From contig MU053561.1 in the NCBI GenBank assembly GCA_013239625.1, positions 3,178,283-3,242,282 on the forward strand: a stretch of DNA of 64,000 nt, written 5' to 3'. The DNA is from Lama guanicoe. Its lineage: Eukaryota. Both the position numbers and the translations under genes were made by a program. Shown here one piece after another: positions 49,361-63,289 of this stretch; within the stretch, counting starts at the first letter, position 1; each line of letters begins with the position of its first letter. Below the pieces are notes generated by a model. It had not been told where the DNA came from. It searched no databases and saw only the letters and a list, made by a program, of their open reading frames with translations.

Positions 49361-52300
49361 TTCTAAGGGGAAGATGGGCTTATGAATAGATCATTCCACA
49401 ATGTATTGAAAGCTCCCATACGTGTGCCTAGGATGTTGTGGACGATAGATGTGTGAAGGGAAAAGGTAATGGTCAGGGAAGGCTTCCTGGAGGAAGTGAC
49501 ACATGAACAGAGGTGGCCAGATGCATCATGGGAAGACCATGCCCAGGAAGTGGATTGGGCTCAAGTGAAGATAGGCTCAGTGACTTCAGACAGTGCGATG
49601 TGAGCAGAACTAGTTTGAGGATTATAGCTTAAAAAGTGAACCTGAAAAAACAAAACAAAAAAAAGGTGCAACTTTTACTAAACAGGAATGAGGTAAAAGG
49701 GAAGGACAGAGGAAGGGCTGGCAGAGAGGGAAGCTTTCTACCCAAAGGTGAAGTTTTGATGAAACTGGAAAGATGAGAAATATTTTGCCAGGGTAGTGCC
49801 CGGTTAGTGGAAGGCAGCTGGATTTTGGCCACTGCTTGGCCCTTCATCCAGGCCTCTTGTGGAGTGCGTGGACTACACAACCATCCATGGCAGCTTTCTG
49901 ACTTCCTGTCATTCTGCACCCTCTCCAGCTGGACCATTTTCCCTGTATTTACTTGAGAATACGTGCACTAGACCTAATCAGGAGGATGTGACATTGATCA
50001 TTTTTTTCAGGGTTTGTCCAGAAGCATAAGCTCCAACCCGTGCCTGAGCCTTGCTGCACGCCACACAAGGCCCCTTGAAATACACAGTCTGTGCCTTCTA
50101 GGGGCTTAGCTGCCCAAACACCAAGGTGAAACTGACACTGTTGTTGAAAGGGCATCTGTGCCTGCAGGTCTGGAGAATGAGCACCACGCATGCTCAGCAG
50201 GTGTCCAGGCTGTGGATATCTCAGCAGGACACCGAGTCAGTGTGTGACCTTGGACAAGTCACCTTTGCCTCTTTGGGCTTCCTCTTCTCCTCTGTGAGAG
50301 GAGGGGTTGGGATGGAAGACAAGGCGCACAGGTGAGTAGGCATCTGTGACAAACTAGAGCAATTCTGTACTCAGCAAATTATGCCCCAGCCCAACCCTCA
50401 CCCCCCAGCCCCCAGTGACACACATAAAGCTGAACACCTTGCCCTCCCAACCACCTCTGCACAGCCTGCTGGCTGAAACCTGGGAAAATCTGGTTTCAGA
50501 TATATATGTCCTTACGCAATAGTTCTTCCCCAGTTTACACTGCGGGTGCTTTAGGAAACACAATATTGGCAAAATGGATTATGCTCGAAATGATTCCTGG
50601 GAACTGGACAGACCAGTTTGGTTAGAAGCCCAAGGCACCTTCTCCAAGGGCCTGGCCTCTCCCTCCTGCTCCCTCCTCCCTGGGATGCGATGGATGGCAA
50701 GCTAGGAGTCAGGTGAGGTCACAGGATGAGAAGTCTGAACTAGCTGAAGCTGCCTGGGACAGCTCTGGCGTATCCATGCCTTGGCTCCGGCTCACTGGGG
50801 CTTTAATAATGCAATAATAACCAGCTTCTAAAGCACACAAAGGCTTTTGGAAAGCTGGAGATAAAAGCGACTTTGTTCCGTTCTTGCCCAGCACAGTAGA
50901 CATGCATAGGTGTTCCCACAGAAACTGACCGCTTGGCTGTCACTGCTGTTGGATTTTCCCCCATTCTTGCTTACTGAGAAGCTATAGATAGCTTAGAATG
51001 AAATCGGCATCCAGAAAACGCGCTTTAAAAATAAAGCAGATGAGAGAAGAGCATGTTGGAAAGCTGGGGGTGCTTTCTGCTGAGCTCTTCTCTTCCCTGC
51101 GACTGTTGCTCCCTGCAGGATGCTGCGTCCACTTCATCAAAAAGTCATCGTGGGCCCAGTGTGAGCCTTAATGCAGTCAGAGCGTGGGCGGCTGCGGAGA
51201 CAAAGTCATCTCTCCTCCGTGCTCTGCATTTGGGCAGCATCCTGCCTGCCCCACACCTCACTCTCCCTGCCACCGGGACCCTGCCTGACCCCATCCTCCC
51301 TGTCCTTTCTCCCCCAGCTCCCACTATCCCCATATCCAACCACCGCCCCCAATCCCTCAACACAAGGCCCAGTTTATACCGCTGGCTTCTTTACACCCCC
51401 TAACCCTGGTCTTTTCATTTTACTCTTACCCAGAGGCCAAACCGAGAGCTGGGCTGCAGATGGGATTCACCCAGACTGCACCCCCTATGCCTTTTAGATG
51501 GAAGAAAGAAACAAAAGCCCAGAGAGCGAAGTGATGGGGCCGAGGAAACACAGCTGGTGCCAGGTTGGAAACTACTAATCCGTATGCTTATTGCTGTGTT
51601 TGCGCAACAACAGATGCTTTGTTTATAACCTCAATTGTCATTTCAGGGAAGGTGGGTACTGTGGACTCTCAGGCTTGAGTATGCAAATTGGGGGAATGGC
51701 AGCTCAGGCAGAACAGAATGACTCTGCATAACAGAGCAGGAGGAATCTGGGAGGGAGAAAGGGGACCCAGGAGACTAGACCAGGGGGATGGGTTGAAAAA
51801 GAGACCCCTGGTGGCTGTCCTGCGAAGGAGGGCTTTACAGAACATGATCCCTGGTTGTTTCTTCTTTTTAACTGTTTGCTGTGGGCTGTGCCATGCGTAT
51901 TTCCTCATGAAACTGTCAGGAGAGTCTCTGCTGTTCATTAACATGATGTGAGTGGATTTGAGGGGGGAGCTGCTGAGACCTAAGTCCATGCTGACGTGGT
52001 GTGAAACGGACAGCTGCTGCAAATGCCTGGTTGAAAGGATGAGGGGACAGCTGACATCTGGGTTCCACATGGAAGTCCATAAAGGGCCCAGCAGTCCTTG
52101 TCATAACGGGCCCATTTAGAACTGAGCATGCATGGGTTTGCACACGGAGGTGGCATTCACTGATCTTATAGCTATCGCTGGTCCGTCAGGAAGCGTCGCA
52201 GCATTTCCCATAGCTGTGTGCCAGGCTGGGGGTCTCTGGCTCTCTTTCCTAGCTTCTAAGTTCTGCGTGGAAGCCTCCCTCCAGCCATCCTGATCAGTAG

Positions 52301-53989
52301 TTCTGCCTCCCAACCACTGCTCTCGGCCATACGTTACCCACACGTGCTCAGTCCATCATGGCTGGACCAGGCAAGCATGTTTCAATGTTGGTGAAGGGAA
52401 TGTCTTCCAAGAACGTCCTGATTTGCAAGTACCAGACCAATGGTATCACTTTCCTGTTCCAAACTGCTGGGGTTTTCTGTTGCCTGGGGCATCAAGTCTA
52501 AAGTCTTGATCCTGTTATTCAAAGGCATATATTTTCTGGCCTTAGCCTGCATTCATTTACCAGATACCAATTTGGCTTATTTAAAATTCAAGAAGTTCCA
52601 GTCACTTTTACCTCCCACGTTAAAACAAAACAAAACAAAAAAACAAAAAAAACCCCCAAAACCCCTCTCCACCCATCCCTGAGTAGTCCATGAGAAATTC
52701 AATCTCTGTGCCTCCATCCATGCTGACCTGGGCTCCTGAAATTCTCTTCCCCTCCACTCTGCTTGGTTGAATGTGTTTCAGTTTAGCTCTCACGTTGCCA
52801 GGAACAGCATTTTAAAAAATCACCAGGAAAGGAAGGTTAAGGAGTAGCTGGTAGGCTACGCATATAGATTTGGACTGGAGAAGGCTAGACTTTAAGTTCC
52901 GAGGTGGCTTCGGGGACAGGCTGCTCCAGCACTCTTGTCTCAGGTTTAAGGTCTCTCTCTTCCTTTGGTTTTGCCACTTCCCTTGATCGTTGGCTCTTCT
53001 ACTGACAGCTGGTTCTGTCTACCCGGGCTCTGATTCGCCCTGAAACCTCCAGCCCTACCTTTACCTGAAGCTAATGCCCGCGGCAAGTCTTTTAGCAACT
53101 GCCTGTGTTGCCAGATGTTCCATTCCAGAAGGGAATCAGAACAGCTCATCTTTTTATGCTGGTCCGAGACAGAGATGCAGAAGTGTTCAAGGAAGAACTG
53201 GCCTTGAGTCAACTTTCTTTGGTCAGTCAACCGCGGCTGGTAGACAAGGATCCAATTCCATCAGTGGGGACTGGAGCTGGGGTGTTTCCACGTGGGCAGC
53301 TTCAGGTGGTAGCTGGCACACCTCTGTTACAAGGACCTTAAAGCCCAGCTCAGGTCACATCTCCTCTGTATTTCTCTCCTCAGTTACTTTCTTGCTTCTC
53401 TGGTATTTACAACATTGCGTTTTTAATTATTCTTGCCTGTATGTTTGTCCTTTGTCATTCAGATGATAAATAATAGCTTACGGTCTGAGACTCTTAAAGC
53501 AGAGGCCCAGGAACCTTACTATCAAGGCTAAATGGCTGGCCAGCCTGAATTCTTAGTAGCATTCTGATTTCAAATATTCTCTACTGCTGTCCTTGGAAAT
53601 CATGGAAACATTTAAAGAACTCCATTGTTTCAGAACTTACATCTGTTTCTCAGAATACCTCATATCTGGTGGTGTCATGGAAATTCCATGTCCTAATTTT
53701 GGAGGTTGAAAATATGGCTGCAGTGTTCATAAGGGATAGGTGACTTCTTCAAAGGTGGTGCCAGAGGGAAACTGACAAATTGGAGAGAGATTACAGAAAC
53801 AGAGTAAGTTGGGCTCAGTGACTCTGGCTATCGGGGATAAGGAAGAGTGTGGTGCTTATTAATAGAGATACCCATGGTTTTGGTTTGGATGATTGGGTGG
53901 AAAATGGGAAGGGAATTGTAAATTTAGAAAATGGGGAAAAATCTGGATGTGATCCATATTTTATAGGCCTTCAACATTAAGTCAATATA

Positions 53990-55200
53990 TATGTATTTAA
54001 TACCCACTCTATGCCAGGCACTGCGCCTGGACTCGTGATACCAAGGTGAATAAGTTCCTGCCATCAAAGTGTTCTGTCCAGAGGGGGAGATAGCCAGGGA
54101 AATAAAAAATATGATAATACATTGTGATAAATACTACAATGAATAGAAACTGTACAAGATACAGTGGTAGACCAAAAGAGAGAATTACTAAGACTTCGTG
54201 GGAAGTTCATCCACATTTTAACAGAGGAGAAGATACTTGAAGGGTCATGAAGGCTGACCAGGTGATTAGGGAGGGCATTTTTGCCATCAGAAACACCATT
54301 TGGAATTCTTGGATACATTCAGAGAAGTGACTGGAAGTGAAGCAAAGGTCAGTTCCTAGAGAACCTTGCAAATCAGGCTAATGAGTTCAGGTTTTATTTT
54401 ACAGGGAAGAGGGAGCCATTGAAGAAGTTTTAGCATGGTACCAAGGAAAGCAGATTTGAGGTTACGAAATGATCACCCAGGCAGCGGTGTTAAAGGAGGA
54501 ATTTGATGAGGATGAGACAGGAGGCCAGGAGAGTGGCTTGGAGATTATGGCAATAGTTCATAAGACAGATGAGGAACACTTCATCTGAGGGAGCTGCGGT
54601 AGTGATGGAAAGAAGTGAAGGCTGGAAAGACACTGCAGAAATAGAATGCATAAAACCTGGTAACTCACTGGGTGGAGGGGATGGGGAAGGAGGAGAAGTC
54701 CTGGGTAACTGGGCCAATGTTGATAACAATAGCCAGATTCAAACTTCAGAAGTTGGTTTTGGACAAATTGATCATCTCTACTAGATTGTTCTTTCCTTAA
54801 GACAAGCCACTATGTTTTGTTCCCTGTTCCGTTACTTGTGCCTAGAACAGTATATTGAATGCCTAGTGATTAGGGAATTTTGAGCATATGAGTTTGAAAC
54901 ATCTGAGGGATGTCCAGGTAGACACATTCAGTACTTAGCTTTGAAACTCAAGGGACAGATTTTAAGCTAGAGAGGCCCATTTGGGAAATATCTTATGTAA
55001 TGGTGGGTGAGCTCATCCAGGGAGACCATGGGGTGAGACTAGAAGAGAGTTGAGGATAGACTGTTGGGTAATAGCCATAGCTAAGGGGCAAGTTGGAGAA
55101 GAGAAGCCATTTGCAAAACTAGAAACATAGCGTCATGGCAACCAAGGCAGCGAGAGCATTCAAAGCATGGGAGAGGTCAACCTTGTCAATGGCCATCCAG
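53990..55200 (-). mobile_element. L2 fragments
   Basis: cactctatgccaggcactg, gggagccattgaagaagttttagca, tgagtttgaaacatctgagggatgtccaggtaga. Confidence 0.7.
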
Positions 55201-55419
55201 AGGCCATAGCTCCTAGATAGTGTCTATTCAGTCATTCTAGTTAACCATTTTGGTGCTGGCCTTAGAATCACTGACCACATTCTCATCAAAGCCAGTCCTC
55301 CCAGGCATAGTCTCAGGCCCATAGTCTCAGTTTTCTCATCCAAGGAGCCATAGTTTAAGGGACTGAACGTGTCTGATTTTTCACATGGTGCTGTTGTAAT
55401 GGTTAAGTTAGATAATCTG

Positions 55420-55928
55420 TCGGCAGCTCTCAGAAATTTTTGTTTTCAGGACCCCTTTATACTCTTAAAATTTATCAAGAACCCAAACAAGTTTTTGTTT
55501 ACATGTGTTACATCTGTCTATATTTACCATATTATAAATTAAAACTGGGAAATTAAAAAAAAACTTACTTAAAATTAATAGTAATAAACCATTTTATGTT
55601 AGCATAAAGAACACATTTTATGAGATATCACCATATTCTCAAAAACTACTTAGAGAGAAAGATATTCTTTTACAGTTTAGCAAACCTCTTTAATGCTTGA
55701 CTTCACAGAGACAGTAAATTCTTGTACCTGCTTCTGCATTCGATCTGTTATGATATCACTTGCTATGTAACCTCTAGAAAACTCTACTGGACTCTTGTGA
55801 AAGAATGAGAGGTTAAAAGGGTAAGTAACATCTTGGTCTTATTACGAAAAGAGTTTTACCTTTGGGGACCCCTGAAAGTGTTTCAGGAAAACTCAGGGAT
55901 CCTTAGGCCACACTTTGAGAATCACTGA
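55420..55928. mobile_element. Charlie1-like hAT DNA transposon fossil
   Basis: caggacccctttatactcttaaaattt...; end ggggacccctgaaag...ccacactttgagaatcactg. Confidence 0.7.
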
Positions 55929-57938
55929 TGTATGTGAATGCACTTTGGAAGTTGGCGAATCCATACAAAAGTATTATGATCATCCTGAAAATCCATGCTC
56001 TGGGAAGCAGAAAGGGATTTCTCTCAAGTGGCTATAATTTGCTCCTAGAGAAGCACTGCAAGTTTTTATTTTCTCCTTTCTGAGAATTAAATAAAGAAAT
56101 GTAAATGAGAATGTGCTATAAAAATGCAGGGTGTTAATCTAAACTAGGTTGTTTCATGTTAAGATCTTATCCTCAGGCCAACCACTAAGAAAAAAGATAA
56201 AACACACATAAACATATGTACGTAAGTGTGTATATATTTCTATATTTTTACATCTCTCCCTCTGTCTGTCTGTCTCTCCTTCTCAGAGACAGAGAGTGAG
56301 AGAGAGAGTGAGAGAGCAAGGGAATGTTTTATGCTAGAAAATATCTATTTAACACAAAAGAAGGGACAAGAAGAACAAAAAGTCCCTAAGGCATATTGGA
56401 AAAAAAAAAACAGCAAAAGGACAAATGATATCCTGTCTTATTAATAATTATTTAAATGTAAATGGAATGAAAAGTCAATAAAAAAGCAGAGGTTGGAAAC
56501 GTGGAGGAAAAACCTCAATCCAACTATACACTACAAAAGACGTACTTTACATTCAAAGACACAAATAGGTTTAAGCAAAAGGCTGGAAAAATATATTACA
56601 TATAAACAGTACCCCAAAGAGAGGGAATGGTTGTATTAATACCAGGCAAAAGAGACTTCAAGACAAAAATTGTTATTAGAGACAAAAAGTATCTTTTTTT
56701 AAAATAATAAAGACTACAGTGGAAATTAATGTAAAACAGAATTAAAAAGCATTAAAGAAGATCAAGGAAACAAAAAGTTGGTTCTTTAAAGAACAGTAAA
56801 GCTGACAAGCCTTTAGCTAGACTGAGCAAGAGAAAAAGAAAGACTGAAATGACTAAAATCAGGAATGAAAGACCAGGCATCACTGCCAATCTTACAGAAA
56901 TGCAAAGGATGATAAGCAAATACTATGAACAACTGTATGCCAGCAAATTAGAGAACATAGACAAAAATGACCAACTTCCTAGAAAGTTACAAGTTACTTA
57001 AAATGACTCAAGAATAAATAGGTGATCTAAATAAATCTATAATATCTAAAGATATTAAATTACTAATTAAAAAGCCTTCCCATGTACAGAAAAGCTAAGG
57101 CCTAGATCACTTCATGGATGAATTCTAACAAATCTTGAGGAAAGAATTAACACAAATGATTCACAAACTTTCCTCCAAAAAATAGAAAAAGCAGGAATAC
57201 TTCGTAACTCAGTCAATGAAGTCGTTACTACACTGATATCAAAACCAGGCAGACACTGAAGTAAAAGAAAGCTACAAGCCAGTATCTCTTAAATATTGAT
57301 GGAAAAGTCCTCAACTAGCAAACTGAACTGGCAACATGAAAAGTATCATGCACATGATCAAGTAGGATTTATCCCAAGAATACAAAAATGGTTTAACAGA
57401 TGAAAATCAATACATGTAATACATCATACCAATAGAATACAGGACAAAAACTATAGAATTCCCTCAAGAGATGCAGAAGAAACATTTGACAAAACCTAAC
57501 GTGCTTTCATGATAAAAATACTCAACAAACTAGGAATTGAAGGGGATGTCTTCAATCTACTGAAGGTCTTCTATAGAAAACCCACAGCAAACATCATATT
57601 TAATGGTGAAATAATGAAAGCTTTCCTCCAAGATCAGAAACAAGGTAAGAGCTCTTGCCACTGCTTTTCAAAATTGTAGTGGAGGTTCTAGTCAAGAAAT
57701 TAAGGAGGAAAAAGAAATAGAAGGTTTTCAGATAGGAAAGAAAGAAGTAAAAATATCTTTTTCTTTTTTGCAGATGACATGATCTTGTATATAAAAAACC
57801 CTAAAGAATCCAATCTAGTAAAAATTATTAGCTCTAATAAATGAGTTCAGCAGGGTTGCAGGATATAAGATACAAAATCAATTGTATTTCTATACATGAG
57901 TGGTGAACTGTCCAAAAATTGAATTAAGAACACACTCC

Positions 57939-59375
57939 TGTGTGTCGCCTTTCCTCTCACACTACTACCACACTATCTGATACTTCTGGTCACCAAATGT
58001 GAGTGTGGGGCTTCCCCACACCAAACAGATCTGTGACACCAGCTGGGTGACCTACAATTTAACTCAATTCTGACACTACCTACCTGGAGATAGTGTCAGA
58101 TCCCACAGCTTAAGGGTTCATTCCAACAGTATGGCCCTGACCCCCAATACTTCAGATGCCAATTGCATGTCCAGGTGGTTACTTGTGCTTCTGCCCAACT
58201 GGCTATAGATCACAGGTTACCAAAACCTCCTCCTTGGGTTAGATTAATTTGTTAGGGTGGCTCACAGAACCCAGGGAAACACTTTACTTACTAGATTACC
58301 CACTTATTATAAAAGAACACAACTTAGGAACAGCCAGGTGGAAGAAATGCACAGGGCAAGGTATGTGGGTAGGGGTGTGGAGTTTCCATACCAACTGTGA
58401 GCTTGCCACTCTCCCAGCACCTTCACGTGTTCACCAACTTGGAAGCTCTCTAACCACACTTTTGGGAATTTTATGGAGGCTTCATGGCATAGGCATCGTT
58501 GGTTAAATCACTGGGCATTGCTGACTGATTCAACCTCCAGTCCCTCTTCCCCCTCTAGAGGGTGGGAGGTAGGACTGACAGTTGTAGCCCTCTATTCATG
58601 GTTGGTTCTCCAGACAACCAGGCCCCACCAAAGGGCTTTTCAAAAGTCCCCTCATTAATATAAACTCAGGTATGGTTGAAAGGGGCTTGTTATGAATAAC
58701 AAGATGAGACAGGAGGGAAGGGGGCAGGACACAGCTGTTAAAAGAATGACATAGCCTTTGAGGATACAACATAAACTGGTTAGAACCAACTAGGCCCAAG
58801 ATGGCAGATGATTTGGCTTCCAATAGACCTTGAGCCTCATTATAGGCTCATTAGAATACATTAGCATGCTAAATGACACACCTACCAGTGCCATGACAGT
58901 TCCCAGACTAACCATAAATGGCCAAAAGTGAGTGGGGGGCCCAATTCCTAGAAATCTCCACCCCCTTCCTCAAAACATTTGGAATAATTCTTCTACTTGT
59001 TAGCATCTGAAATTACCCAGACCATAAAAATATCCACCCTGGCACCCTGGGGCCACTCTCCCTTCTGAGACAGACCACATTCTGCCTATGAAATGTATGT
59101 CTCTCTAAATAAACTTGCTTGCACCTTACTGTGGCTGGCTCCTGAATTCTTTCCTGTGTGAGACAAGAAGTTACTCTTCAGTAATAAAGATACCCATTTC
59201 ACCCTTATCTCTCTGAAGCCATTTCAGGAACTGAGGGCAAAACCCAAATATTATAACAAAAGATGCCCCTATTGTTCTAATCTCTTAGGAAATTACAAGG
59301 GTTTGGAGAGCTGTGCGCCAGGAATGAGGATGAAGACCAAATACGTGTTTCATATTATAAATCACAATATTACCA
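57939..59375 (-). mobile_element. MER21-like LTR
   Basis: gacaccagctgggtgacctacaatttaactcaattctgacactacctacctggagatagtgtcagatcccaca...aaattacaagggttt; interrupts L1 at gaattaagaa / caattccatttacaatagc. Confidence 0.8.
58705..59186 (+). mobile_element. MER41-like ERV1 solo LTR
   Basis: Starts tgagacagga; cattagcatgctaaatgacacacctaccagtgccatgacagtt MER41-like motif; aataaacttgctt; 4-bp TSD aaga (58701-58704 / 59187-59190). Confidence 0.8.
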
Positions 59376-61399
59376 AAAAAGCAATTCCATTTACAATAGC
59401 ATCAAAAAAAAATACATAGCATACAAAAAAAAATAAATGTAGTAATTTAACAAAAGTAATGCAAGACATTTAACAAAAGTAATGCAAGACTTATACACTG
59501 AAAACTATAAAAATCATTGAAAGCAATTATTGAAGACCTAATAAATGGAAAGGCATTCACGGTTCATGGACTGGAATACTTAATATTGTTAGGGTGGCAA
59601 AACTTCCAAAAATGATCTACAGATTAAATGCAATCCCATTCAAAATCCTAAGTGCTTTTTTCCCCTAGAAAAAGACAAGCTGATACTAAACTTTATATAG
59701 AAATGCAAGGGACCCAGAATATCCAAAGTGATCTCGAAAGAGAAAAACAAAGCTGGGAGATTCTCGCTTCCCAATTTCAAAACTTACTACAAAGCTTCAG
59801 TAACCAAGGCAGTGTGGTACTGGAATAAGGACAGACATGTCGGTCAGTGGAATAGAACTGAGAGCCTTACACTTACAGTGAATTGATTTTTGACATGGTT
59901 GCCAAGCCAATTCAATGTGGGAAAGAACAGTCTCCAGCTAACGGTGCTGGCACAGTGGGATATTTACATGCAAAAGCATGATGTTGGCTACTGACCTCAC
60001 ACCATATACAACAATTAACTCAATATGGATCGTGGGCTTTTGAAAGAAAATGTACGTGTAATCTTCACGATCTTGGATAAGGCATCTGTTTTTGGATATA
60101 AAATTGAAAGTATAAGCAACAAAAGAAAAAATGGCTAAATTGGACTTTATCAAAGTTTTAAAACTTTGTTACTTAAAAGGATAGTATTAAGAAAGTGAAG
60201 TGATGATCCACTGAAAGAGAGAAAATATCTGCAAATCGTATATCTGATACAGGAGCTATATCTAGAATATATAATTCAGTAATAAAAAGGCAATCGAATT
60301 AAGTGGGCAAAGACTGTGAATAGACATTTTTCCAAAGAAGGTACAAATGTCTAATAAGCACAAGAAAAGATGCTCAATATCATTATTCATCAAGCAAATG
60401 CAAATCAAAACCACAATGAGATGCCACTTCATTCACTAGGATGGTAATAATAGTAATGTTAATAATAATAACAACAACAACAACAATAATAATAAAACAG
60501 ATAATAGCAAGTATTGGGAGGATGTGGAGAAAGTGGAACACTTCCTACACTGCTGGGAATATAAAAAGATGCAGCCAGTTTGAAAATAGTATAAATAGAA
60601 TAGTAGAGTAAACAATAAAGGAACAAATAGAATAAAGAACTGCCCTATTCTGGCAGTTTCTCAAAAGTCACACACAGATTTACCATATAACCCAGTAATT
60701 CCATATCTAGGTATATACCAAGGGAAATGAAAATGTATAGCCACCCACACAAAGCTTGTGCCCACATGTTCACAGCAGCACTATTCATAATTGCCAAAAG
60801 GTGGAAACTGCTCAAACATCTGCTAACTGATTTGTGGATAAGTAAAATGCAGTACATTCATAAAATGGAATATTATTTGCCCATGAAAAGAACGAAGCAC
60901 GATACATATTACACTGTGAATGAAACCTGAAAACATTATGATGTAGGTGAAAGAGATCAGACACAAGAGGCCACATATTGAATGACTGTATCTGTATGAA
61001 ACATACAATAGGGTAAATTCAAAGAAACAGAGAAGATAAATGGGTTTTAGGGGTTGAAAGGACCTGGAATGGGCAGTGACTACAATGGCTGGGGGTCTCT
61101 TTCTAGGGTGAGGAAATGTTCTGGAATTAGTGGTGATGGTTGAAAATCTTTGTGAACATACTACAGACTGCTGAATTGTTCATTTTAAAAGGATGAATTT
61201 GATGGTATATGACTTATATCTCAATAGAGCAGTTATTTCAAGAAATGCTATATTTCTGCTTTTATCATGAAAACTATCTTCCACTTCCTTCCAATCCATC
61301 CTCCAGCCTTGTGCCAAAATTTACACAGTTCCCAGTATTCTAGAAGTTTACTTTGAAAGAGCCTCAATTTCCTCTCTAATTTGGACTGGGGACACCCAT

Positions 61400-62550
61400 G
61401 GAGGTAGGGTCAGAAGATGGAGTTTAAATTACAGTTCTGTCTCTTACTAGCTCATTGACCTTGGGCAAGTCACCTTGCTTCTCTGAGCCTCAGGTTCCTA
61501 TTCTGAGAACACAAAATGACGCTGGCCCTCTACATCTCCCAGGGCTGCAAGTGTCAGCAGACACCCTGTAAATGAGAATGTTTACTCAACTGTAAGCACC
61601 ACACAAATATTAGTCTTTGCGTTGGGGATCTCCATGCGTAATGTCAGGGTGTGCGGACTATGAGGGGAGATGTTACCACCATCCCAGGAGACTTTAATCA
61701 CAACCCTAAGGGAGGATCTCAGGTCTTATTACAGTTGTCGCCTTTGGCTGTCTGGGAACCATGATGACATTCTCCAGTGCCCAAGAGATTGCTGCTATTG
61801 TTACAAGTGCTTATTTAGATTACCTTCTTTTTAAGGAATTTTCGCTTGTCTAGCTTACTGTTTTGCTTTTTTGCTTTTGTTTATTTTGCTGTTTATAGGC
61901 GTTATTAAAGCACAGCATTCTTGAGCTTTGGGCGAAAGTTGGCAGGCGTGGATTAAAGGCGTGATTACCCAACAGGGTGATCTCCAACCGTCTTCCGAGA
62001 AGCAACACAGTGCAGAGCAGAGATTTTAATGTCAGCCTTGTCTGGATTTAAGTTCCAGTTTGACCACTTCTTGCCATGAGACCTTGAGCAAATGATATTG
62101 CTTAATGTCTCTGAGCCTCAGTTTCTGCATCTGTAAGATAGAGATTTCCAACCTCCTAGGTTGTTGTTAGGATGAAAAGAGACAATGTCAACACAAGGTC
62201 AGGCACATAGTAAGAAGTTAATAAACCTAGGCATTCTAACTAGGCTCAGACAATGAGTAATCAAGGTCCAATTCTCACCCAAGGGAAGAGGGTAGCAAGG
62301 CTGGCCTGGGGCAAACTGAAAGGAAGAGGCTTGGACAGTGATCAGCAGCCTCCTCTGTGCCAGGTACTTTTCCATACTCTCTCTCACTTGATCCCCACAA
62401 CTCTGAAATACAGGGATTAATTAATATTTACATTTGACAAAACAGAGGCTCAAAGAGATTAAACAGTTGTCTAAGGTCACACAGATTAATAGTTGTCCAT
62501 CTGAGAGTGGAATCCAGCTTTGACTGATTCTCAAGTCCAGGGTCTTTCTT
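61400..62550. mobile_element. Three MIR fragments (about 61400-61620 +, 62010-62230 +, 62350-62550 -)
   Basis: gaccttgggcaagtcaccttgcttctctgagcctcag and aaacagaggctcaaagagattaa cores. Confidence 0.75.
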
Positions 62551-63289
62551 TTATTCTGTGAGACTGCAGTCCACAGACCCTGGTGGTTACTTCCCTTCCA
62601 TCATGTCTTCCTTTGGCTCCATAAACACAGACCAAGTGACTCTGCTGAGTGACTCCCTCTGTCGCATCTCTCTCCTCTTCTTTCCCCTACCTCCAGTTCC
62701 AGCCAACCTCCAGATGCCTGCCTCCAGGTTCAAGGGCTTCAGGCAGAGGCTGGATTCCATGAGACGGGATGCTGCAGAGGGACTCAGGGACTGGATGCAG
62801 GGTTGGATCAGACGCACAATGGTCTCTTCAACCTCATTCATCTTTCAAGAGTCAGCTCAGATGTTACCCGTAGCCCCCTCTGAATCCTCTAGAAAGAATT
62901 AGTCCTTCTTTCCTGTGTTCTTTGTATGATATCCAGACTTCTGTTATATATTTACCATTATACTGAAACTGTTTAAAAAGCTAAAGCTCTAAATTTTTCT
63001 TAGAAACCATAAACAGTGCATGCCTGTAAATTTTAAAACAGTTTTCTCTCTCAATGAGTTGCTCTTCCTAGAATAAACTTTGTTGACCCCTAAATAAATT
63101 AATGAATAAATGTTAAAAATCCCAAAACCATGATATAATTGTTATAATTAAGAAATGGAAAAAAAAAAGTTGGCTGTAAGGATGATGAGCTGTGAAAATT
63201 AGTATTATTATTAAAACACAAGTTAAAAATTAATAAACTAAGGATCCTTCAAAAAAATAAATAGCAGAAATATATATATAAAAGAGAAA

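Larger units (their letters stand above)
56110..61225 (+). mobile_element. Old L1 (L1M/L1MB-like), ORF2 through 3'UTR, with two nested LTRs
   Basis: EN, RT and C-terminal motifs in order (ttgcagatgacatgatcttgtat encodes the FADDMI RT motif near 57770); many disablements. Confidence 0.9.

Noticed and set aside
50168..50331. Exon-like segment ending at CAG|gtgagt
   Set aside because: Largely MIR-derived and not recognisably coding
51119..51171. Strong plus-strand acceptor followed by GCCVHFIKKSSWAQCEP-stop
   Set aside because: No linked upstream coding exon and no recognisable protein; insufficient support
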